From NCBI GenBank assembly GCA_030704615.1, contig CM060734.1, forward strand, positions 52,080,001-52,144,000: a DNA stretch of 64,000 nucleotides, given 5' to 3'. Under the pieces are notes generated by a model. That model was not told where the DNA came from. It made no database searches and worked only from the letters and a program-made list of their open reading frames with translations. Position 1 is the first letter of the stretch, and each line of letters opens with the position of its first letter. Positions 1-9,565 of this stretch are shown here, piece after piece. The DNA is from Takakia lepidozioides. Lineage: Eukaryota; Plantae; Bryophyta. The position numbers and the translations under genes are program-made.

Positions 1-340
1 CAATGAATGCACAGGAAACACGTCGTATGCATCCAATATCAATATTGAAATGCTGACTCAATTCCACAGTTTGGTTGCCTATACACATACAAAGTAGATT
101 ATACAAAGTGTTAACTTCCGCTTCTACTGTATGTCGTGTAAATGATCCATTTTCTTGTCCCTTTGTTGCCTTTATACCCCTGTGATCCGTCCTAACCGCC
201 TGTGAGCTAACTACCTTGACTCTAACCGTTATGGATCCCTTTCTTGGTTCTGATGTCAACTATTGCGCTAATGGCCCTGTTCCCCGCCATGATTGTGGGT
301 TCCCACTCACGGCCTACGTCGTCATGGTCCACGTTCCCAG

Positions 341-1600
341 GGCAATGTGTTTTGTTTCGTGGACGAAATCGGTAGGATGGACGCGGACACCATGCCCGCG
401 GCGGTGATGGCCGGATTCTTTGTCCCGCCTCTGGGGAGGATTCTGGAGGATGTTATGCGTGCGGTAATGAGAGATTGGGGGCGCATATGTCCGACTCCCG
501 TTCCGCCTGTGACGACGTTGTCACGCAAAAGGAAGGGTGCGGTAGCCACTGGGGCATCGGATTCCCGGGGGAAGATGCCACCCAAGTTCAGCCACACCTT
601 CGACATGTGCAGGAGCGGCGAGATGAAAGCTCAACTGCGGTCGGAGTTCGGCGACATGTTCCCGTTTGGGATGGACTCCCCGGCTGCGAGCGTCGATGTG
701 CGCAACTGTGACACGGCGCGTGCCAATGTGGTGTATCGGCCTCTGAATGTGGATCACAAGGACGAGATCAAGTCCCGGCTCATGAGTTGTGTAAACATCG
801 ATTAGAGGATGACACTGTACATTCTACCCCGACGATCAGGCTCGGATGGCTTGCATCCCGATCGGCCCGCGTCATGGGCAGAAATTGCGTCCGGCCGATT
901 CTTCGTGATCGGCGGTCACATACTGCGATGGCGGCCAAGGTCTGTAGGATGTGCATTGGATGTTTTATTTATTTCTTATAGTTTTTTTCTTCTCGATGTG
1001 AGTGAAAGTTGAGGTTGTGGGGTGGGGTGGGGTGGGATTGGGTTCCGCTGACGATAACCATGTGCACAACGTTGCAGGAGTTGGCTTGTGTGGAAGGAAC
1101 GTGGGACGCGTTTCGACTGTGGAACGCAAAGGTGGTGTACAACACGGACGATTTGAGGCTGGTCAAACTGCCTGAATTGCTGAACAGGTCGAATTCCTAC
1201 AACTCATTCGAGCCCACGTTCCCGGAAAAGGTAAAACACTGTCGAGAGTTTTACCACTCGCGGAGGCGGCCGTCTGTTCAAGATTTCGCGAGGTGAACGG
1301 TATGGTAATTGACGAGTGAATCGTCGATTGTTGTTGCTGTAATTTGTCTTATTCGTATACTCTCCCGCTAGCCGAAATTTTGAAAACAATACAGCTGACG
1401 ATTTCCCATCCGGTGCAGGAGTTCATGTCCACGGCGAACTCCATTCTGGGATGCGAGAACGTGAAGGAGGCGCTGCCGCTAGTGAAGGTGAGCGAAGACA
1501 CATGGAGCTTGTGGGAACGGGTGTTCCGGCTATGGGAGTGCGGGGAGCTGGTGGGGCCGGACGGCGTCCCATACAGGAAGTCGTATATTCAGTTTCAACG
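341..1600 (+). pseudogene. Decayed multi-exon gene with a ParB/Srx-like motif, probably transposon-associated
   Basis: GC-rich exon-like blocks with GT..AG boundaries (about 341-939, 1078-1292, 1419-1580). Reads YRPLNVDHKDEIKSRL...TLYILP...PASWAEIASGRFFVIGG/HTAMAAK, with an in-frame stop at 803-805 and a frameshift near 915. The F-x-I-x-G-x-H-T-x-x-A pattern resembles ParB/Srx folds; the family call is pattern recognition only. Confidence 0.4.
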
Positions 1601-1896
1601 ACCCTTCAATGAGTGAATATCAACATACAACTCAGAGAAATACGAAGAGACCTTGGACCAAAGTCATGAAAACTTGCAATTCTACATACCCTAAACCATT
1701 TCTTTGGAATCAAAATTGAGACAATGTTCCTAGAACGTATAGCGTAGGATTTTGAGAGATTTTTTTTTTTTTTCCCCCAAGGCTCATATCCTAGAGTCAT
1801 TGGGGTGTACGTAAACAGCGTGATCGGGAAGGAACCTTCACGCCAGGGGTGTACAAGCAGAGCTCATCCACATTGAATTTGAAGAGGGAATTGATA

Positions 1897-1923
<27 letters not shown>
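1897..1923. repeat. (AG)n microsatellite
   Basis: Perfect AG run visible in the sequence. Confidence 0.95.
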
Positions 1924-1927
<4 letters not shown>

Positions 1928-2605
1928 AAATAATAATAATATAAATAGATAAAAAATACGACAAACAGATGAGTAGGGCAGAGATAGAGGACAAGATCCC
2001 CTCTTGACCATAGACTAATTGAATTGGAACAAATTAACCTTGAAAAAGTTGTGCGAGAAGCCCACAATGCAGTTTGATATCCCAATCGCTACCAGCGCAG
2101 CGCCGTATATGGAAAAAATCCAGCTCTTGGAATGCAAATCACCCCCGGAATTAGGCCTTACAACAATTTGAAAACAATTCATATCCTGGTAGATGAACTC
2201 ATCCCCGCCTTCAATGTAAAAAAACAACCTGAAGTTTGAAATAGTTCAGCAAATGCCTTACACATGTGACCCTCTGGCAATTGCACCAGGCCATCTCCAG
2301 CATAATGGAGATGACGGGGAGGAGACCCTGTACAAACCATCCCGAATATCCAGAAATAGTGACACTGAGCGAATAACTCAACGGCTGAACACATAGGTAT
2401 TCGATTGACGAAACGCCTCTGGACGACAAGGCATTCCACCCTATCGCCGGGTACATCAACGGGAATACATGGATCCGATGAACTACGTCGTGCACCGGGT
2501 CGGGGAAGATAAACCGTTGAAATAAATTTAATATTTTATTATATAAGACAATAAGACAAATATTTATTATAAATGCTTCACCCTACCCATGGAGCAGGGG
2601 AAAAA

Positions 2606-2611
<6 letters not shown>

Positions 2612-2665
<54 letters not shown>
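2612..2665. repeat. (AT)n microsatellite
   Basis: About 27 AT units, just upstream of the GC-rich Fanzor block. Confidence 0.95.
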
Positions 2666-2669
<4 letters not shown>

Positions 2670-3179
2670 ATAATATTTCTAAAAATAAATATATTATTAA
2701 TAACGAAAAAAAGTGAACGACGTGTTCAACCAACGATAAACTCAGGAGCTGGAAACGACCGTGTGCATCCAACGATCCACCGTCCACCGATACACTCGAG
2801 GTGGACGCATCCGACGGTTTGTAAACGATGATGATCACTCCTTCCAAAACAATGTTGTTTATAAATACCCTGACTATCCTCGAAACGACGTCATAAGAAA
2901 CAACGGCGTCGTCGTCCGAGGTGCTCTATGGACAGCGCATAGAATTAGTTCATGGAATTAGTGCACATATTTGCAATTGTCGAGTTGTCACACGTTCATA
3001 CTACGCAACGACAGTGAGGATAGCACATTGACGTCGAATGTCACCGGGCACACCACCATCGCGATCAAAAAACGCAAAAGCATGGCCACATACTGGAACA
3101 TTAACCCTTAAACGCCCGCGAGGCCGAAACTGGGCCTCGAAAGATTTTTCAGGCGCAGGAACGTCAGACGGCGAATCCC

Positions 3180-6100
3180 GTGGACTCCAGCGACTCCGAT
3201 TTTCAGAGACCAGTGCCACGCAACCAACGGTCAGAGCCTCCACGCAAACTTCGGACAGTGACACCGAAGAGAACAAAAGTACAACGGCACAACACACCGG
3301 CATGCCCCAACGAATCCGACGTCTCGGATCAGTTTCAAAATCCGCTGCCACGCGATGCTTCGTTGACATTTGCACTTGGCTTTCCAACACCGCCACACAA
3401 ACAACGATCAGCGCATTCACGCCAACGTCGGACAGAAACACCGAATTCAACGACACTAAAACGACACTGTACACGGAGATGTCCCACCGAATCCGACGAT
3501 GCGGATCGGTTTCCAAATTTGCCACCAAACGATGCTTCATTGACGTCAGCGGATTGCAGCAAATTATCAAGACAGAAGTTATTGGGAAAGAAACGACAAA
3601 AAATTGAAGACAGTCCCAATATGTCCAATCTGACGGAAGTCGGCATTCCACGGGCCAGCAGGAAACGTCCAGCTGAGTCCGAAACTGGTGAGACCGATTT
3701 CTCTAGGAATCGGTGCTCCGCGAACTGGCCATCAACGACGGTCTGCCACCAAAGGCCATCAGAATTGCATACATCTGAGATGGCGGTTCCTCCATCCGGC
3801 GAGCGCAACACCACATCCAACGGCCTAGCAGGTCCTCAGCCGGCCGCGCCATCGACGGCTTCGGGCTAGAGGAAACAATAACGCGCCGTCAAAAGGGAGG
3901 CCTTTGACTACACGTCGGTGAAGGTTAGCTTTGGCAAAAGCTTCTGCCTGAGGGACGCCATGAGAAAAGTCGTGGAGGAGACCATCAAGGAATTGACGCC
4001 GCTGGCTGTGGAAGCATCCCTGTTTACGTCGTACCATATCATCATATGTCTTACATAGGGACGGCCCTCCCCGACGGATTGCAACGCAAGTCGACGTTTT
4101 TCAACCGGGCAGTGTGCGCCGTCCTGAACGACAGGAGGCTCCCCCAAAAAAAGGGCCCCGAAATCATCACATCATACGTTCAGTTCAAGCTGCTCCGACC
4201 GACATGATACACGAAACCGATGCGCAAGCCTCACTGGACTCACCTCACCGGCATGCTAGCCGATGAGATGTACGACAACTTCAGGACCTCCCGCGCCATC
4301 AATTTGATTCCTCGCCTCAGGAAATGGGCAAGAATGATGGTGTCAAAATCCGCTGATTCATTCCACGCTGAAAACGTCAGAGCCGCCGTCTCCTTGGTGA
4401 TTATGGCCACACTTGCCCACGAGCACGGATCCGCAGAGGCGCGTGCAAGGCGCGGTACACCATGCTCCGAGACATGGATGCCGGACAGATTGAGAGTTTG
4501 GTCACCATATGCCACCTCATCAGAACCAACCTTCTTCCTGGAGAACTGTTGCCGCTCGACCTAAAGAAGTAGGACTACCTCGCAACAACATGGAAAATCC
4601 TACCTCAGTGCATACCACGAGGATGTTGCCAACGCCGACAGGCTGCATCCGAGACGACGACCGACGTGTGCGAGGAAGCTTAAAGGGCTCCAGCTCTTCT
4701 CACTCCTACCACAAAAGCGCGTCAGGCCAGTCCAGTTAGCCATCACCAACACCATCCTGCGGTCGATCGCGACAAAGGCAACACCAATAGTGCAGAATCA
4801 TCCCGGTCTAGAAAGCATGAGCGACGACGAACAGTGGAGATAGTAAGTTTGCCCCCGAATCCCGCTTGTTTTCTTTCGCGGGGAAGGGGAGAGGATGAGG
4901 GGTACTAGAGGATGAAGTAGCGGTCAGCACGTGGCTGCCGCACGTGCGGAATGACGGGAGGTCACTTGTGCTCCCCTCGTCGTCGTGTCCATTGATGACA
5001 TATGGCCCTTCGTGTTGATTTTGTTTTACTAATTGTGGATTGTGTTGGGATGAAACAGCTTTTTCAAAATCGACCGGAAGTTTGAACGACCCGGAAGAGG
5101 ACTCAAGTTTCAAAATTTTATAACCACTGACGGGGTTGCGGTCAGTGTGCTATCAGGCTCGGCCCGACGCCAACCTGCAGTTACAGCCAGAGTAAGACAA
5201 CTGCTTCATTCACCATGTTTGCTTTTTATTGCCTTTAGTATCGAGTGTACCGGCTCGTGACGCACATGCGGGTGAACTTGTTGGACGACCATCATCGTCT
5301 TATTATGTGCAACGTCAATGGCCATGTGCGGGAAGGCGATATCTTCACCCTCGTTGAATCCGAAAGCGAGACTCGTCGCTTTAGATGAGTTATTCTGTGA
5401 TGTTTCCATGAATCAAAATCGATTTTAGTTGAAGTTAAAACATGGCAACATGATCTGTTGGGGATGTCTACAGCAGAATGGTTTATGACCGTATATACCC
5501 CCTGCAAATATGTGTGGTCGAGTGCCTCCAAGCGCCACAACCTTGTTTTGGTGAAAAACCCCATTTAAGGCGTTGGATATCCGAGAGATTCTCTTTGTGT
5601 TCGGGAAATGTATTGAAGTAAAAGCTTAATATTGTTTCTGAGGTAGTTTGATTGGAGGTGGACAGGCTTGTTGACGCGTCAGTTGAGGGAAAAACCATCT
5701 TATAGATTGACGTTTTCTTAAACGGACGTTGGTCTTGTTTTTTCGCAGGTGAAAGGACGCAAGAAAAAAGAGATGCCCAAACCGACTCCACACACCCATG
5801 TGCCATTGCCTAACCGCGTCGTGGCCATTGACCCGGGCCGAAAGTACCTCTACACGGGAGTGGTGTACTCGCCCAAAGCAAAACTACGGGTGACCTGCAC
5901 AACATTTGGTGTAGTCAAACAGATGTCACTCATTGGATGAGATTTGAGTGTCTACACGGCAATATGGAGGCAGCAGTCTATACCGGAAATCTCTCCACAA
6001 GTGTCTCCCATCTTTTGCTACACGGCTTTCCTGGCGAAGACTAGCCATCGGCAGCAAGATTGCCTTGGTAAATTGCACGATGACATCCTGGAGTACTTAA

Positions 6101-6475
6101 ATGTGGGTTACAGTGCAGCTGGATCAACCACTAATTTTTCACCAAATTTGTGCTGAAGCAATGCAATTGCTGGAAAACAAAGACCTGTGCATCATTACTT
6201 CAGTGATTTATAATTCTTGGACCCAAGAAATATGGACAGAATCTAGTAAATGATCTTTTCTTGCCCAAATCCAATCACCTTTAGAGAGGGGTTGGAGTGC
6301 CCACCGAGACGTCAACGCGGCGGTCAACATCATGCACCGGTTCTGGGAAATGCGAGACTCCCGGCCTCGCCACCCGGCATTCTGCAGGGCGGAGGCAAAG
6401 CCTCTCCGCGATGATGCACAACGGTGGGTTTTGATACTCACGTTGTATTGGTTACAAGATGAAGAGACAAGATGA
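3180..6475 (+). pseudogene. Fanzor1-like (TnpB/Cas12-related) RNA-guided nuclease pseudogene with at least two spliceosomal introns
   Basis: Motifs in Fanzor order: TSVKVSFGKSF...VEETIKELTPLAVEASLFTSYHII (about 3910-4045); LADEMYDNF...INLIPRLRKWAR (4220-4335); LFSLLPQK...LAITNTILRSI (4694-4770); WRY/FFKI...FQNFITTDGVAVSVL (TDG 5126-5134); RuvC-I VVAIDPGRK (D at 5830-5832); RuvC-III HRDVNAAVNI...RPRHPAFCR (D at 6308-6310). Introns 4843-5058 and 5192-5748 (GTAAG..CAG) join the frames exactly. Stops at 3867, 3879 and 4056 plus frameshifts; RuvC-II and Zn finger not found. Start codon uncertain. Confidence 0.88.
6395..6445 (+). ncRNA. Candidate 3' part of a Fanzor omegaRNA scaffold / element right end
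   Basis: Starts immediately after the RP..FCR C-terminal motif. Ends in hairpin CAAC-G-GUGGGU-uuugau-ACUCAC-GUUG. 46/51 identical to 36813-36763 (minus strand), with divergent sequence after GTTG in both copies. Confidence 0.5.
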
Positions 6476-6778
6476 AAGGGGACTAATTAAGGTTGAACCT
6501 GGCCAGCTGATCTAGTACTCATCGTAAAGATGCATGGACTGTAATTTTGTCCAGGCAAAGCTTGCATGAGCTTCAGGTAAATTTTCATTTTTGCTAGACT
6601 ACTGATGTGCGAGATTATAACAAGCTGGATATGTCAATGTCTACATTCACTTGAGCATGTACAGATTAAAAAGCCTTTGTTTGTGACATACAGTGAAGTT
6701 GGAAGTAAACACTACAAGGGTCTTTCACCGAGAGCTTGAAATGGCCCGGTGCTCAATGCAGCAAAAGGAGCGGATAGA

Positions 6779-6922
6779 CTAATCATCAGTTTGATGATGC
6801 TTGTTCACAGCAGGCGTTGTGAGCTTACTCACTTGGATTTGCATAGCCTGGCCCTTGCTTAGTTGTTGCCGCTTCTTGCCATTAAATGACACACAAACAT
6901 TGCTCTTTGTTTCGGGTGAATC
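6779..6922 (-). pseudogene. NAD kinase C-terminal fragment (decayed)
   Basis: Minus-strand translation DSPETKSNVCVSFNGKKRQQLSKGQAMQIQVSKLTTPAVNKHHQTDD* parallels the plant NADK motif SNAWVSFDGKRRQQLSRGD...PTVNKSDQTGDW, with the Trp replaced by TAG. No other NADK exons recognised nearby. Confidence 0.6.
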
Positions 6923-8415
6923 CTATCTAACACAACACATGCACCAATTAGCATTTGGATGAAAGAAATGAAGTCCATGTTGACTAAATCTTAGAAGAGC
7001 CTGACGGAGACGACTGGGTCCTTTTTGGAATTCTACCACTTCGGTCAGGAATGTCGGGTCAGCCCGAGCGATAACGGAATCTTGTGCATATACCTTGTCA
7101 CGAGGTTGGGTAGTGCTGCTCAGGATATACCAAAATTTCCAATAGAATTCCCAAAAGACATTCGGGCGAAACTAAAATGTGCTCACGCCTAGACGAAATC
7201 GATGTTCGTGATATAATAGATGTACTTGTTTCTCCCATGCAAGATGAAGTGCTTGAACTTGTCGAGGTCATTTTTCCATATGATCTTGTTGGATCTTATC
7301 TAACAATGGAGAAGAGTGAGAACACACAAAGACTAACTTTTAATAGGTAACCACACAAAAGATCATACACAATGTAAACTGCTTTATGCGTAGTTTCTCT
7401 CAACATAATCACACAACAAAGAAGGCTATAAACTGAATAAGTATAATGAAAGATGCATCAAAAGACCGTCCTCCACATGCATATACATCAGAGTCTGAAT
7501 CAAAACTCAGAAAAGCGCTGCATACTCCAAATTAAATAATTAGTCTGCTCATTGTGTCCATGCACGCGTTCCATATTTGGCTCTCCTGGAATGCACAGCT
7601 GAAATGAGCGCAGTTACTTGGCTTCATGGACGGTGTTACCAACCCTGCACAAATAATGAGTTCAAAAGCATCCACAGTCCGCTCTTCACACCAATCTGTT
7701 TAAATTCCTCACAAGATATACTGCTTCAACTACAAAGTACACACAACATTCACGCATAGCAATGCATTCATTCACATTTTAGACAACACCACATTGAGAA
7801 TTTTCTCCAAAAAACCTCCTGCCACATACTTTCAATGTAATAGTAGTTTTTCGACAATTATGTTGAACCATAGAATCAAAAGCAGTGGACGAATTGCAAC
7901 AGGATTGCAACTACGTTCAAGCCTAAAACTACCTGATTCTAATCAGCAATGTATTCATTCAACATTGTTGCCTTTTTAAACTACGTCCAAAGCAGCAGGT
8001 ACTGCACTCTACAACTACCTCCGCAAAGCATTGATAGTCCAAACGTACAACTATTTCAACGCATTGAAATGCAGCAATGGCTCCAACTGAAACCTTGCAA
8101 TCTGTCAATCTTCCAATTCCAGAGCGTGATCATTCAGATTACACACTCGGGATGCCGAATTGACAAATGTAATTAAGCAGCTTTCCACCTTTCGGATATG
8201 GTGAGTAAGGAGACATACACATACACATAGCAACAACGTTGACAACTTGAGGCAGAAGAAATGTAGTCATTGCATTTCCAGTAGTTTAGTCACTACAGCC
8301 GCGATAGCAATGAACCAGTTGTATTGCCAACTGAACCACACCAGAAACATGAACAGAGCATTCTAGTGGATGGTCGTCTTGAGTTCTTCACCTTGGTCTC
8401 ATGGTGAGTCGCACG

Positions 8416-8538
8416 CAACGAGATAGGATGTGTTGGTTCGAACACATCACTGGAACCTTCATATGAAGCTAACGCTAACAACACGCCGCATAGGAAGGTT
8501 CCAGTAATATCTTCGATCCAACACATCCTATCTCGCTG
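8416..8538 (-). ncRNA. Long inverted repeat; miRNA-precursor-like hairpin
   Basis: Arms 8416-8465 and 8489-8538 are complementary at 44/50 positions, with a 23-nt loop. Three of the six mismatches are A-C on plus, i.e. G-U pairs on a minus-strand transcript. Confidence 0.4.
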
Positions 8539-9565
8539 ACTTCGGTAACAACACGCCGCAGATGGTGACTCCAACTGGAGGCATAAGAGGACTACGGACC
8601 AGAAATTACAGCTGCAGCTTAAGTTCTGATGTCCTGTAGCACTTTCACTGGTCACTGGCCACTGGCCTCTTCGTTTCTGCCTTGGTTGGACTTGTAGGCC
8701 TTTGGTTCTGGACTCATTTCTGTCCTCTTACTCCTTGGCTCTGCAGGTCTTCTTGGTTTTCTCTTGTTTCTCTGCCTGGTTTTGGTCTCTGAGGTCATTA
8801 GCTCTGAGCTTCGATTTGTTCTTAATGACCTCGGCGCTGCAGGTGTTCTTTGTTTCCTCCTCCTCCTTCCGCCCCTCCCCCTTCATCTCTCCCTTGCTGG
8901 CTCTATTCGGTTATGGAGTAGTTTCGGTTTATGGAGCCAGGAGTACCTAGTAAGCCTTCACGGCCTAGAGGTGGTTATTTTTTCCACCTGGACTTCCAAA
9001 TTTTGTAATTTCGGACGTTTTGTCCTTTTGATATAAAGTTTTTCGAGGCCACCGTCCCTCCTTCATTTTTACTTTTTTAAATGTCAGCTGAAGGTTAAAT
9101 ATTTTCTTCATTATACTTTCAAGTAGAAATTGTGAAACCTTTTATGGTCGTTCTGGAAAAAGAGACTTATGTTCGACGAAAAACTGGTTTCTGGAGAGTT
9201 GAGAGGCAGGGTTGCAGATTTGATCAACTGGAGTTTTCAAAAAACTGACTTCAGAAGAGGTGTGACATGTTAGCATATTCGACCAATTGCAGAGTGATCA
9301 GTGTATCTGACTTGAATCAGAACTAACATCTTCAATTACATAATGAACTCAGGAGAGATTGCTTCCGCTCACCAACAAGTAGCACTTCCTTGGCAGCAAA
9401 CGCTGATATGAACTGCATGGGATTTACCAGGACCATGGCTTTGTAAGCTTTAAATACATGTATCTACACCGATGCGACGTCACCCATTGGCTCCTTCACT
9501 ATCCCAGTTTAAAAATTCCTGCTAAACAAGAGTACTGCTAGAACTTCACATTGACATTTGCTGCG

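Noticed and set aside
1610-2500. Possible decayed coding sequence between the ParB-like gene and the Fanzor
   Set aside because: Short, stop-interrupted frames with no motif I can recognise.
3001-3820. Overlapping ORFs 3001-3651 (-), 3038-3607 (+) and 3335-3820 (-) as separate genes
   Set aside because: Shadow frames of a GC-rich, internally duplicated region; only the 3180 frame runs on into Fanzor motifs.
2612-6516. Helitron or Tc1/mariner boundaries for the Fanzor element ((AT)n-TC start, CTAG-T at 6512-6516, or TG|TA at 6445)
   Set aside because: The hairpin before CTAG is only 4-5 bp, and I found no matching left TIR (CAACGTGAG). The carrier transposon cannot be assigned from this window.
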